Positions 1 to 8,909 of a DNA stretch of 59,936 nt are shown piece after piece. The stretch covers positions 1 through 59,936 of IMG/VR virus record IMGVR_UViG_3300045988_033553; one strand, given 5' to 3'. A model generated the notes under the pieces. That model was not told where the DNA came from. It made no database searches and saw only the letters and a list, made by a program, of their open reading frames with translations. The position numbers and the translations under genes were made by a program. Within the stretch, counting starts at the first letter, position 1; every line of letters starts with the position of its first letter. Origin of the DNA: a virus.

Positions 1-75
1 ACATTTTAATTTCTTCATTTTTCCTAAAAGGAACCCGATATATCGTTACCCCGGCCGGAGGTTCGGCTCCTTTCT
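1..75. repeat. Terminal direct repeat (copy 1), identical to 59862-59936; indicates a circular or terminally redundant complete genome
   Basis: Base-by-base comparison of both window ends: acattttaatttcttcattt...ggctcctttct occurs at both. Confidence 0.95.
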
Positions 76-203
76 GATATTCCGTGCACATATCTACAAT
101 AGCGCACTTTAAATTTAATTATGTTGTGTTTTACGCAACAAATTCATCGTTTTATTGCTTTTAAATCATCCAATCTAATGGAAAACCTCTTACTCCTTTC
201 GAT

Positions 204-491
204 TTACTTCAAAATTTCATCTAAGCAGGCATTCCAGCCCTCCAGGTGCAATGTTCTGTCAATACTCTCATAACCAGATTTCAACTCTGGTATCTTCTCC
301 GGCAACTCCCGGAGGGGACACCAATCATGCCGTTTCTCGGTGAATGTGCTTTGTGATAATTTCGAAGCACCATTGTTTAACACATTCATGAGCTGGCATT
401 TTTTAATTCCTTGAAATTCATACAGGAATTTACACATACTGCATGATCCCGGCATATCCATAATCAATACTGCTTTAGCCATACCTAACAC
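204..491 (-). CDS. hypothetical protein, 95 aa, Cys-containing
   Basis: Intact ORF co-oriented with the early operon; no family recognised. Confidence 0.5.
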   Translation of the reverse strand: MLGMAKAVLIMDMPGSCSMCKFLYEFQGIKKCQLMNVLNNGASKLSQSTFTEKRHDWCPLRELPEKIPELKSGYESIDRTLHLEGWNACLDEILK

Positions 492-634
492 CGCTCCTTT
501 TTTCTTCTACGCAATTCTGCTTTCAGCTGTGATGTGCTGTACTGCATCAATGGATTTTCTTTAATTTCATCCTCTTCCTGCTGACGTATCCGTGCTTCTT
601 CTTCCAAAAGTTCCTCATAGTTGTTAAACATACC

Positions 635-1243
635 TCACACCCCTTTCGGCTTTTCACACCGCTCAAATTCGATCACAAATACATAAGGGTTTACAGACCA
701 TCCGTACCGGTCAATGTCGGATTCCTTAATTGTTCTGTTCCAAATACTAATAAAAGCGGTTTTATTTCCTACGCAATCTGGTACAGGATGCAGGCAAGAG
801 CATCTCGCACCCTCTTTCCACGCTCCTTGTGGTGTGATTTCCTGTAACCGCTCCACCCTTACGTCTGTGACCCGGAGCCAGATGCGTGCGGCTTCTTTTG
901 GCATGTGGATGGATGGTTTCCATTTTGTAATATCTGCAATATCATTTCTTTGCCAATCTTCGTAGTAATAGTATCCTTTCGGTGTCTCTTTCCATGTTTC
1001 ACGAACATACAGGATATCGCCCGTACAGATAGGACAGGTTCTCTCCGCCGTACTTAACTGTTCCATATGCTCCTTATCAACAAAGTTATGTACTGCATAA
1101 GTCCGCCTGTCAGCATTGTAAAAATCCATATCCGGTACGGTATACTCATTTGCATCTTTGCATATCCGCCTTGTACAACTCTTTCTTCCGGCCAGAATTG
1201 CCCGAACCATCTCGGTATTGAATAAAATCGGTTTAATTGCCAT
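635..1243 (-). CDS. ASCH domain-like protein
   Basis: N-terminus MAIKPILFNTEMVRAILAGRKSCTRR matches the typical ASCH signature (ilF..emv.ail.G.Kt.TrR). Confidence 0.65.
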   Translation of the reverse strand: MAIKPILFNTEMVRAILAGRKSCTRRICKDANEYTVPDMDFYNADRRTYAVHNFVDKEHMEQLSTAERTCPICTGDILYVRETWKETPKGYYYYEDWQRNDIADITKWKPSIHMPKEAARIWLRVTDVRVERLQEITPQGAWKEGARCSCLHPVPDCVGNKTAFISIWNRTIKESDIDRYGWSVNPYVFVIEFERCEKPKGV

Positions 1244-1499
1244 CTACTCCACCGCCTTCCACAATCTCGATTGCGTGCTCATAACTTCTTGCTTTCTCTT
1301 TTCCCAAATTCCTGTTGTATGCATTCTCCCAAAACTTTCTCTCATTTTCCAACTGCTCCACAACCTTGTCTACATCATAAGCCGTCGGATATTCTTCTAG
1401 TAAATACAATACTGCATTTGTATTTACTAAAGTTCCATTGCTTAAAGTAACCGATTTTAAATCTTTCTTCAGCGCATCCGCATCAATCAGTCTCATTGT
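1233..1499 (-). CDS. hypothetical phage protein (MRLIDADAL-type N-terminus)
   Basis: ORF 1233-1592 trimmed to the internal Met giving MRLIDADALKKDL, a recurrent phage N-terminus; this start removes most of the overlap with the upstream ORF, leaving 17 nt (1483-1499). Confidence 0.5.
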   Translation of the reverse strand, partial: TMRLIDADALKKDLKSVTLSNGTLVNTNAVLYLLEEYPTAYDVDKVVEQLENERKFWENAYNRNLGKEKARSYEHAIEIVEGGGVDGN

Positions 1500-1734
1500 T
1501 TGCCCTCCTGTTCCAATCTGTAGTTGCTTTTGTTCGCTCGTCTTTTCCTGTTCTGATTCCACCGTCCTGATCCATATACATCTCACATTCATAGCTTTTT
1601 GGAAGTTCTGTTCCGCATTTCATACATTTGATTTTGAACATTACTCCAACATCCGAATGTGATGACTTATTTACAATGGTAAAGAACATTGCTTTTCCGC
1701 CGCAGAACGGGCATGGTTTAAGTTCTTTGTTCAT
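1483..1734 (-). CDS. Lar-family restriction-alleviation-like zinc-ribbon protein
   Basis: LKPCPFCGG...KCMKCG...DWNRR pattern typical of the Lar family. Confidence 0.6.
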   Translation of the reverse strand: MNKELKPCPFCGGKAMFFTIVNKSSHSDVGVMFKIKCMKCGTELPKSYECEMYMDQDGGIRTGKDERTKATTDWNRRANNETD

Positions 1735-2024
1735 TCTTCATTCCCCCAATCAATCATTTGACCGCAACTCGGGCAATATGTGGGACTAGCACTTTTAAAA
1801 CATCTTGGGCATGATGGGCAAATCATTGCATTTCCAATAATTCTCGGTCGCTTCGCCGTCTGCTTCTCCACAGCCGCCCGGCATTCTTCCGGTGTGCCGA
1901 TTGCACGGTACTGCTGTATTTCTTCCAGTGCCTTGATCGCTTCCTCAAAAGCTCTAAGTGTACTGCTTTTACTTTCCCAGCCCATTTCCTGCTTGATTAT
2001 TTTTATTGCCTTGCTCTCATTCAT
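1731..2024 (-). CDS. hypothetical protein with C-terminal zinc ribbon
   Basis: CPSCPRC...CPSCGQ motifs; translationally coupled to neighbours. Confidence 0.5.
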   Translation of the reverse strand: MNESKAIKIIKQEMGWESKSSTLRAFEEAIKALEEIQQYRAIGTPEECRAAVEKQTAKRPRIIGNAMICPSCPRCFKSASPTYCPSCGQMIDWGNEE

Positions 2025-2026
2025 GA

Positions 2027-2401
2027 CTACACCTCCAACAGTTCCGGATTGTCAACCTCGTTTCCAATGACATCTATATAATCCGGATTGAACTCTGCCA
2101 AGGAAACGCTTTCAGCAGTAAATATGGATACGGCTTCCCAACTCAATGAATCATCTGACCATTTGATAACGAAATCTTCATCTTCATACCGGAAGATATC
2201 ATTCTCATAGATTCCCTCATATCCGGTACACTGGCATAATGTATCAATCTGGATTTCAAATCTTTCGGCAACAACATATAAACCGCCATTACACAAAGAA
2301 CCTGTATATATGTAGCAGTGGTTGTCTATGAGCACATAACATCCTTCCACCCATTCGCCATTATCAATCCGCTTTCCACGGCATAAATATCTATTCTCCA
2401 T
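2027..2401 (-). CDS. YopX family protein
   Basis: MENRYLCRGKRIDNGEWVEGCYV is a typical YopX N-terminus; the start overlaps the upstream stop (TGATG). Confidence 0.65.
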   Translation of the reverse strand: MENRYLCRGKRIDNGEWVEGCYVLIDNHCYIYTGSLCNGGLYVVAERFEIQIDTLCQCTGYEGIYENDIFRYEDEDFVIKWSDDSLSWEAVSIFTAESVSLAEFNPDYIDVIGNEVDNPELLEV

Positions 2402-2652
2402 CACTCTTTCACTCCCTTCGGTGTTATCTTGATCCTCTTCACACAATCCGGGCAGAAATCAAACCCGTTCACTCTTGTGGTGCATTCCGTGCAGATTTTC
2501 TTATCACAGGTCATGGTATAACTTTTAAATCCGCTTCCCCGTGCATGTGTGACAACCATATTGACCGGCATATCGCACAGCAGAGTTGATTTTCTTTTTC
2601 CGCAGAATGGACACAGATCATCTTTCGGTATATGTTTAACTATGTCTCCCAT
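2401..2652 (-). CDS. hypothetical zinc-finger protein
   Basis: CPFCGK...CTEC...CPDC cysteine pairs; 83-aa ORF. Confidence 0.5.
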   Translation of the reverse strand: MGDIVKHIPKDDLCPFCGKRKSTLLCDMPVNMVVTHARGSGFKSYTMTCDKKICTECTTRVNGFDFCPDCVKRIKITPKGVKE

Positions 2653-3118
2653 CGCTTTCCCCCTCCATTTCTTTCAGCTTGGCTTCGGCTTCCTCTCTGG
2701 TAAGGAATATCCTTTCGCCAATGTCGCACGGTAAATAGCAACTTTCACACATATCAGCGTCATTTATAGCATCAATTCTCATAACAGTTATGTCTTTATG
2801 AATCTGCTTGATATATAACTGTATAACGCGCATCATAATAACTGGCTCTTTCGCTCCTTTATTTACCCGATACAAAGTATCTCCAACCTTGCACGGCAAT
2901 TTCAGAAGTAATCCCTGTTCTTCAGCATCCTCGTAGTCTTTGAGTTTCCGATATACGGCATCTATTTCCTCGCAATCCGGTTCACATGCCCTTTCCCACA
3001 GTTCATCATCAATCCACAATGGATTTCTCTCCGTTAGTCTCTCCATGCTATTCCTCACTTTCTGCCTTAAGCCATTTAAGCCATCCTTTTTTATTCCAAG
3101 TGCTTCCACCAAGAACAT
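2636..3118 (-). CDS. hypothetical protein, 160 aa
   Basis: Intact minus-strand ORF in the early operon; start uncertain. Confidence 0.45.
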   Translation of the reverse strand: MFLVEALGIKKDGLNGLRQKVRNSMERLTERNPLWIDDELWERACEPDCEEIDAVYRKLKDYEDAEEQGLLLKLPCKVGDTLYRVNKGAKEPVIMMRVIQLYIKQIHKDITVMRIDAINDADMCESCYLPCDIGERIFLTREEAEAKLKEMEGESDGRHS

Positions 3119-3392
3119 CTTTTGTCACAGTGTTGAACCATTCTGCCAGTTCCTCATCCGTCATGCTTCTGATCCGGTCTGCATTGGTCTGCGGCTGTTC
3201 AGTGAGTGGCGTTTCTTTAGGCTGTGCATTTTCTGCGCTTACTCTGTACGGCTCCGGCAGTGGCATCCATCCGCTTTCCTGCTCCAAAATCCTGTTGATT
3301 TCTTCCTCCGAAACCACTTTTGTTAGTGGAGAATATCCGCAGGCTTCTGTTGCTGCCTCAGATATCCGGTTTTTAATTTTGTTTATCAGCAT
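3048..3392 (-). CDS. hypothetical protein, 114 aa
   Basis: Intact minus-strand ORF; overlaps the start region of the next ORF, so one of the two starts is probably internal. Confidence 0.45.
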   Translation of the reverse strand: MLINKIKNRISEAATEACGYSPLTKVVSEEEINRILEQESGWMPLPEPYRVSAENAQPKETPLTEQPQTNADRIRSMTDEELAEWFNTVTKDVLGGSTWNKKGWLKWLKAESEE

Positions 3393-3612
3393 TCTTCTCC
3401 TTCCCGTACCGCAACTGATACGGTACTTCCTTAAAATCTCTCAATGCATCCGGGTTTGGATGCTTCGGTATTCTCGTCTGATGGTTTTCCATCTCTGCTA
3501 TGATTCTGCGTCTCTCTTTGCTTTCTCTGCGCAATTTATATCTCCGTCATTTTCCAAGATTGTTTACAAGCTGTTCTGACCTCGTATAAGCCTTATCCAA
3601 CAGTTCTAAATA

Positions 3613-3837
3613 TTAATCAAAAGAAATCTGTGCCTTTTCAGATAACTCCCTCGGATAACGCTCTAACAAAGCCTTAACACACTGCTTCATGTCTCCAAAA
3701 TATCCGATTGTCCGAACGCTTTCTTTTTCATTGCCGTCCTTATCCTGTCCGGTGTATCTCTGTCTCAGGGTGTGATTCAGAGAATCGATCTCTACAAAAT
3801 ATCCATCCTGCAGTTCCACAGTTAACTTGTCCATCAA
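3613..3837 (-). CDS. hypothetical protein, 74 aa
   Basis: Intact ORF, co-oriented. Confidence 0.5.
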   Translation of the reverse strand: MMDKLTVELQDGYFVEIDSLNHTLRQRYTGQDKDGNEKESVRTIGYFGDMKQCVKALLERYPRELSEKAQISFD

Positions 3838-3846
3838 CCATTTCTC

Positions 3847-4473
3847 CTATATTTCATACGTCTTTCCGATAAAACGCTTGTCAATGTACTTACATTCCCA
3901 TTCCAAAACACTTGCGATCCCCGTCATGGTTTCATATCCGGTAGCAAGGCAGTTAATCAAATATCTGATTCTCTCATAAACCTGTCTGATCTGATTTCCC
4001 GAAAATTTAAACTGCGTTTTAAGGCAGACACCAAGCATTGAAAAGTAATTAAATACCTGTGCCAGTAAAAACTTATTTGCCTGTATCATGCAGTTCGGTG
4101 CGATCTTTCTTTCTACCAGATAAAAGCTCTCACGATACGGAATCTTATTTGTTTCCTTTCGCACGTCAATCTTGCATTTATCTTTCAGATAAAAACCAAG
4201 TTCCTCGCCTGTCGTTCCATCCTTTGCATTTTCCACATATGCATCAATGGTCTGCTCAACCTTTATGATTCTTTTGTGTCCGAATCCGAACTTATCATGC
4301 AGTGCCTGATATGCCATCATACGGACGTTATAATAGGATTCCTCTATTAGATAATCCGCATTGCTTTGTGCCTTGGCGTGTCTCTGTATTCCGATCAGTT
4401 CACTCTTGGAATATCCAAGTGGCTGCATCCGCTTTTTCTTTCTTGTCAGTGTATTACTCATTTGCTCTTCCAT
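3847..4473 (-). CDS. hypothetical protein, 208 aa
   Basis: Intact ORF directly downstream of dnaB and a small ORF. Confidence 0.55.
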   Translation of the reverse strand: MEEQMSNTLTRKKKRMQPLGYSKSELIGIQRHAKAQSNADYLIEESYYNVRMMAYQALHDKFGFGHKRIIKVEQTIDAYVENAKDGTTGEELGFYLKDKCKIDVRKETNKIPYRESFYLVERKIAPNCMIQANKFLLAQVFNYFSMLGVCLKTQFKFSGNQIRQVYERIRYLINCLATGYETMTGIASVLEWECKYIDKRFIGKTYEI

Positions 4474-4697
4474 CTCCTCTCTACATCCTCAAAATGGCTA
4501 AATACAAGACTTTGAACATATTTTGATATATTTGTCCGTGCATATTTTTTAATTAGCATTTCCCCTTCTTCCATCATTCCTTGGAACCACTCATCTTCGT
4601 TATCAGCTTCATAAAACTGCTGCCGGAATTTATAATAGTCATTAAAAAACTGCCATTCTTCGGAACCTTTTTCAAATTTCTTACTTGCCATAATCAT
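4458..4697 (-). CDS. hypothetical protein, 79 aa
   Basis: Intact ORF, co-oriented. Confidence 0.5.
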   Translation of the reverse strand: MIMASKKFEKGSEEWQFFNDYYKFRQQFYEADNEDEWFQGMMEEGEMLIKKYARTNISKYVQSLVFSHFEDVERRWKSK

Positions 4698-4704
4698 TCA
4701 CCTT

Positions 4705-6012
4705 TTAATCAAATGGTGTGCCGCCACATACTTCTCGGAAACCGTCTTTCTGTCGCATCCGTGCTTGAATCTGTTCAATGGTTTCGGTTCGCTCCATAAA
4801 TTCCATACGATCACCTTCAAACTGAACAACTTCTCTAAACGGTGTACCCTGTCGATTCTTTTCAACTTTCAAGCCTTTAAATTTTCTGTCTTCATCCAAA
4901 TTCCACATAAGAATAATATTGGAAGCATCCTGCTCAATATCTCCGGATTCTCTTAATTCGGACATTGTAGGCTCTTTCGTTGCATTCATTTCCGATACTC
5001 GGTTAAGCTGTGACAATAGGATGATCGGAACGTGAAGCTCTCTCGCAAGTGCTTTGAATTGCTTCGAAACTTCCCCGACTTCGGATGCACGGTTATTGAA
5101 CTTCCGGTTACACCGTACCAATTGCAGATAGTCAACTACGATCACGTCATATCTTTGATGCCTGCATTGCGTTCTTATTTCCTCAATAACATTTGTCTGA
5201 TCGTCAATTGTGATCGGATATTTTTCAAGTTCATCATTTGCCTTGTCAAATGCTTCTTTCTCTCCACCAAGAAAAGCCTTTGCCCTGCGAACTCTTGTCA
5301 GACCAATCTTTGACATTCTTGAAACAAACCTTTCATAAATCTGACTGTTGTTCATCTCCATGTTGTAGTAACAAGTGTTATAGCCTTTTCTTGCCATATT
5401 CTCGATTATTTGTGCCACAATAGCAGACTTACCAACTCCCGGTCTCGCGGCAACAACTGTAATGTCTCCGCCTTCAAGACCGCCAAGGCAATCGTCAAGA
5501 TGGTAAAATCCTGTCTTTACCCTGTCCTCTCCAACATCATCATTGAAGTATTTATCTTTGTTCTCTGATACGATTTGCTTCATCAACTTAGATTTCTTCA
5601 ACTGATTAACTTGGATTTCTTCAAGCCTTGTAAGAACTTCCGCGATCGAATTATCAATATCACACGGTCTAAGGCTCACTCTCTGGAAAAGGCTTTTCGT
5701 TTCCCTTGCCCGCCAATCCTTAATGACTGCATCCGCATAGTTTTTCATTGCTGTCGATAACGGAGTTGCGGCAACACATTCCTTAAGCTCACCGGCAATC
5801 ATTTCCGGCTCCCATTTGTGGTTTTCAAGTGACTGAGACAGCGAAACGATATTGATGTTTTCACCCCGGTCATACATGGCAAGCATTTCAGCAAAAGCAT
5901 CTTGGCAAAATTCAGAGCTGAACATTTCCGGCTTCAATTTGTTGTAAACCTTAAACATGGAATCATTGTCGATCAGTACGCAACCGATCACTCCCTGTTC
6001 TGCTTCCGTCAA
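4705..6012 (-). CDS. dnaB: replicative DNA helicase DnaB
   Basis: 435 aa. Walker A AARPGVGKSA, the DYLQL motif and the SELRESGDIEQDAS arginine-finger region are characteristic of DnaB. Confidence 0.9.
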   Translation of the reverse strand: MTEAEQGVIGCVLIDNDSMFKVYNKLKPEMFSSEFCQDAFAEMLAMYDRGENINIVSLSQSLENHKWEPEMIAGELKECVAATPLSTAMKNYADAVIKDWRARETKSLFQRVSLRPCDIDNSIAEVLTRLEEIQVNQLKKSKLMKQIVSENKDKYFNDDVGEDRVKTGFYHLDDCLGGLEGGDITVVAARPGVGKSAIVAQIIENMARKGYNTCYYNMEMNNSQIYERFVSRMSKIGLTRVRRAKAFLGGEKEAFDKANDELEKYPITIDDQTNVIEEIRTQCRHQRYDVIVVDYLQLVRCNRKFNNRASEVGEVSKQFKALARELHVPIILLSQLNRVSEMNATKEPTMSELRESGDIEQDASNIILMWNLDEDRKFKGLKVEKNRQGTPFREVVQFEGDRMEFMERTETIEQIQARMRQKDGFREVCGGTPFD

Positions 6013-6824
6013 CTGTTCTCACCTCGCTTTCGTTTCTCAACTTGACGAATCCAGTAATCGCAATCCTCTTTCAGCCAGTCTCCGTATTTTGGTATGTAGC
6101 GATAATTCGTATCATCTGGATTCTTCTCTATATAGTCAGTAACATATGCCACTGTAGCCTCATATATCAGCTTTGCAACGGCTTTTCTGTTCGGTTCGAT
6201 AACTTCTAAAAGCTTGTCCATCCATGCTACCTTGGCAGACGTTAACGACGTTTTCTTTGGATATGCATTGATCGTGTATTCCCATCCCCATTCCGCGTCA
6301 AAGTCCAAATCAGATGCAGGCACGCTTTCTTTTGTATTTTCTTTCTCTATCTCTATATCTGTATCTATATCTTTCTCTATATCTATCTCTACATTGCAAT
6401 TTTGTTGCAAAATGTTGCACTCCGTTGCTCCACTGTTGCATTGCAACACTTTTTGTGCATTTTCCCTAGATTTACGACTTCTACGAGTGCTTGCCGTCTC
6501 GCTTCCTAGGTTATCTTGCACAAATGGCAACTTGTACTCAATGGAATCTGATGTTTCAAGCAATCCGCAGGAAAGAAGATACTGAATCGTTACTTGAACA
6601 TTGATTTCGTCCTCGTCAATATCAAGGGCAATCTCTTTGTAAAATTCATCTTCCAAGCCGGAATACTCTAAGTAGCCGCCCTTTTTCAACGACAACAACT
6701 GCATCTTAAGGTATATGATCGTATATGTATCGCCACCAGCCATCTTTCGGAGTTTTTTGATTCGTTTGCTATCAAAGAAATCATCCATCAGTTTAAGCCA
6801 GTAATACCGCTTATTCTCCGCCAT
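6009..6824 (-). CDS. phage replisome organizer (N-terminal replisome-organizer domain)
   Basis: MAENKRYYWLKLMDDFFDSKRIKKLRKMAGGDTYTIIYLKMQLLSLK matches the phage_rep_org_N pattern; start trimmed to Met26; coupled to dnaB. Confidence 0.75.
   Translation of the reverse strand: MAENKRYYWLKLMDDFFDSKRIKKLRKMAGGDTYTIIYLKMQLLSLKKGGYLEYSGLEDEFYKEIALDIDEDEINVQVTIQYLLSCGLLETSDSIEYKLPFVQDNLGSETASTRRSRKSRENAQKVLQCNSGATECNILQQNCNVEIDIEKDIDTDIEIEKENTKESVPASDLDFDAEWGWEYTINAYPKKTSLTSAKVAWMDKLLEVIEPNRKAVAKLIYEATVAYVTDYIEKNPDDTNYRYIPKYGDWLKEDCDYWIRQVEKRKRGENS
6394..6446. repeat. Iteron cluster: 6 TTGCA(A) motifs with 10-11 bp phasing, inside the replisome-organizer gene (candidate ori)
   Basis: TTGCA starts at 6394, 6405, 6415, (TTGCT at 6425), 6436 and 6441; preceded by tctatatct-type repeats at 6340-6390. 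Confidence 0.6.
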
Positions 6825-7455
6825 TTTCACTACCTCCAAGCAATTCAATAACCTTTGCCCCAGCATCTTCCGGGCGACAAAATACGAACTCAACGCCATA
6901 CTTAAGTTGCATTGTCAGCATAGCTTTTGCCAATACCTTGCCAGATGTCGGCTTTGTTTTCGGTAGCGGTACATTCAGCAATTTTCCAAGTGTGTGCATA
7001 TATGCAATATTGTTATACCGGTCCACTCGAGGATTATGCCATGTAAATACATCATTGACGGAATACACCTTGTCTGTATTTTCAATAAGCACATATAACT
7101 TAATTCCGTTGTTCTGCGCCAAAATACACTCGTCACGGAATCTCGGATGTGCTTTTCCACAGATATTCCCTACAATTTCCTGCATGTCCTTTTTCGTGTC
7201 AACGGAAACATCATATGTGCCAAGAAAATCCATCTTTTTAAGTTCCATTTTTCTAGCTGATTTTCTATGGATAACATCCGCTACCTTGTCTGTGGCAATT
7301 ATGTAATCTCCAACCGGCAATGGTGCACGCAAGACTTCCATATCGTGGCTTTTGAAATATCTATTCTTAAGGATATGTAAGCCCTCTTTCTGTCCTTTAT
7401 CCTCAATTATTAACACGTATTCTCCTTTCTGGCGGTCACTCTTAGCAACCGCCAA
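6811..7455 (-). CDS. ERCC4/Mus81-like (PD-(D/E)XK) nuclease, putative
   Basis: Order of motifs IIEDKGQK ... PVGDYII ... VSVDTKKDMQE ... LYVLIEN resembles the ERCC4 domain (D.RE / GDY / ERK / lliE). Confidence 0.45.
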   Translation of the reverse strand: MAVAKSDRQKGEYVLIIEDKGQKEGLHILKNRYFKSHDMEVLRAPLPVGDYIIATDKVADVIHRKSARKMELKKMDFLGTYDVSVDTKKDMQEIVGNICGKAHPRFRDECILAQNNGIKLYVLIENTDKVYSVNDVFTWHNPRVDRYNNIAYMHTLGKLLNVPLPKTKPTSGKVLAKAMLTMQLKYGVEFVFCRPEDAGAKVIELLGGSENGGE

Positions 7456-7566
7456 AGGTATCTCATGGCTTTCAATTTAGTTTTTCGTGATATATTAAAT
7501 TCCTTGCCAAAATTTCAGATACCGCATGAATTGGTTTCTTTTAGGCAAATGCCAAGGTGTTGCAAC

Positions 7567-7872
7567 CTATTTCAGTTTTTCAAGATGCGCAATGTTTTCC
7601 TGTGCACGGTCGAGATTTCTTTTTGCAGAATCCGCACGTCTCTTTTCTCTTGAAATGAACGCTTCAATCGCCGCATTCCTGCTTTCTTCCAAGAATACGA
7701 TTGTATTAGAATGTTCAATAAGATTGCCAATGCTCTCTTTATTAATTCTCATACCCTTATATATACAACCGGTTCCACGTTCTAAGGCGGTATATGTCTT
7801 AGAGCATTCCTTTGCTTCAAATGCTTTTTCTTCCAGCTTTTCACCGCAGAAAAAATAACTGTATAATTTCAT
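7567..7872 (-). CDS. hypothetical protein
   Basis: Start set at MKLYSYFF, preceded by AAAGGAGAAAAA. Confidence 0.5.
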   Translation of the reverse strand: MKLYSYFFCGEKLEEKAFEAKECSKTYTALERGTGCIYKGMRINKESIGNLIEHSNTIVFLEESRNAAIEAFISREKRRADSAKRNLDRAQENIAHLEKLK

Positions 7873-7883
7873 TTTTTCTCCTT

Positions 7884-8633
7884 TCAGAACGGGCAAAGGT
7901 TCATATCAACTTCCAAACCTTTTTCTGCAATATAAACATCTGCTCCGTATTTAATTGTTTCTTCCGTCTTTTGTTTGAAAAGTGCGGGATCTCCACTTTT
8001 ATCTGATAAGTGTATTAGAACGACATTTCTTAATGCCGGGTTATCGTTAGTAGAAATAAATTTAAGTGCCGTATCAAGGCTCATGTGACCTCGTAGGCGG
8101 TGTTCGTAGTTTGGCTCGTCACTGTCAACGAACTGCATATCATAGTTGGCTTCCACCATGATGTGATTAACACCATTAAATCTCCATCTGACGTATTCCG
8201 TGTCTGTTGCATACACAAGGCTTCCCATCTCTGGATGCGTAATGTAAAACCCAACGCACGGGCACTCTGAACCGTCTCCGTTGTTATGTAGCCATCTTCC
8301 AGATTTATCACGGTTTTCAAATGCCCTTATGTCAAAATTTCCTTTTCTAAAACGCATTTCAGAATATTTTATCGGCGGTCTGCATGGTTCAAAAACAGGA
8401 ATGCCAGCTTGCACATATTGTAAGCTATAAAGACTATGGTCAATATGGAAATGAGTAGTAATCACAGCCTTAATTTTCATCACATTGAAGTTCAATGATT
8501 TCTTCACTTCCATGAATGGTAATCCAGCTTCAATTATTAAGGCTTCTTCGTCATTCTCCAGGATGTAGCAGTTGCCGGACGAACCGGAACCTAAGACTTT
8601 AAGTTTCAATTTTGTGTCACCTCTCTTACCCAT
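7884..8633 (-). CDS. MBL-fold metallo-hydrolase (putative recombination-associated nuclease)
   Basis: HFHIDH (HxHxDH) motif; lies in the recombination module. Confidence 0.8.
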   Translation of the reverse strand: MGKRGDTKLKLKVLGSGSSGNCYILENDEEALIIEAGLPFMEVKKSLNFNVMKIKAVITTHFHIDHSLYSLQYVQAGIPVFEPCRPPIKYSEMRFRKGNFDIRAFENRDKSGRWLHNNGDGSECPCVGFYITHPEMGSLVYATDTEYVRWRFNGVNHIMVEANYDMQFVDSDEPNYEHRLRGHMSLDTALKFISTNDNPALRNVVLIHLSDKSGDPALFKQKTEETIKYGADVYIAEKGLEVDMNLCPF

Positions 8634-8741
8634 TTATTGTACTTTTGGCAATGCGGATTCAAACATCTGTCCTTTAATACAAATTTGCCATTCATAAAGT
8701 CGAAATATTGTATTCTTGTCCGGCAACCACACACATAACAA

Positions 8742-8909
8742 TCAATCATGGTTTCTCAACCTCTCTGCATCTTTTGAATCCATATATCCGAAAGAACCAC
8801 CACATTCGCATTTTGCTTTAGGGCCATATACGTTCCAGTTCTCATTAGACTGTTTTTTATCCTTTTTCTGTAATCTTCCGCATAACTTGCACGCTCTTAC
8901 AATGCTCAT
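8742..8909 (-). CDS. small Cys-rich hypothetical protein, 55 aa (below the ORF-track cutoff)
   Basis: Hand translation MSIVRACKLCGRLQKKDKKQSNENWNVYGPKAKCECGGSFGYMDSKDAERLRNHD fills the gap between two genes. Confidence 0.35.
   Translation of the reverse strand: MSIVRACKLCGRLQKKDKKQSNENWNVYGPKAKCECGGSFGYMDSKDAERLRNHD

Noticed and set aside
19-203. Palindromic, GC-rich stretch (cgatatatcg, ccggccgg, GGAG-GTTCGG-CTCC) upstream of the MTase start, as another tRNA-like element.
   Set aside because: Only a 4-bp stem with a 6-nt T-loop-like sequence is present, with no acceptor pairing. It is more likely a promoter or terminator spacer. Too weak to call.
2986-3579. 197-aa plus-strand ORF, and many similar plus-strand ORFs antisense to minus-strand genes (e.g. 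714-965, 6214-6585, 13062-13619, 22053-22520, 28255-28902, 30508-30975, 51723-52280).
   Set aside because: They have S/L/F/C/P-rich low-complexity translations and no RBS. Each is fully covered by a better, family-assignable or operon-consistent minus-strand ORF. They are shadow ORFs.
6340-6446. CRISPR array check of this and the other short-repeat loci (45606-45645, 52778-52811, 46691-47098).
   Set aside because: The repeat units are 5-13 bp with 10-40-bp spacing, there are no 25-40-bp repeat/spacer periodicities, and there are no cas genes. These are not CRISPR arrays.
8606-8749. 47-aa Cys-containing minus-strand ORF overlapping the MBL-gene start.
   Set aside because: It is short, with no clear RBS, and overlaps two neighbouring ORFs. 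It cannot be supported from sequence alone.
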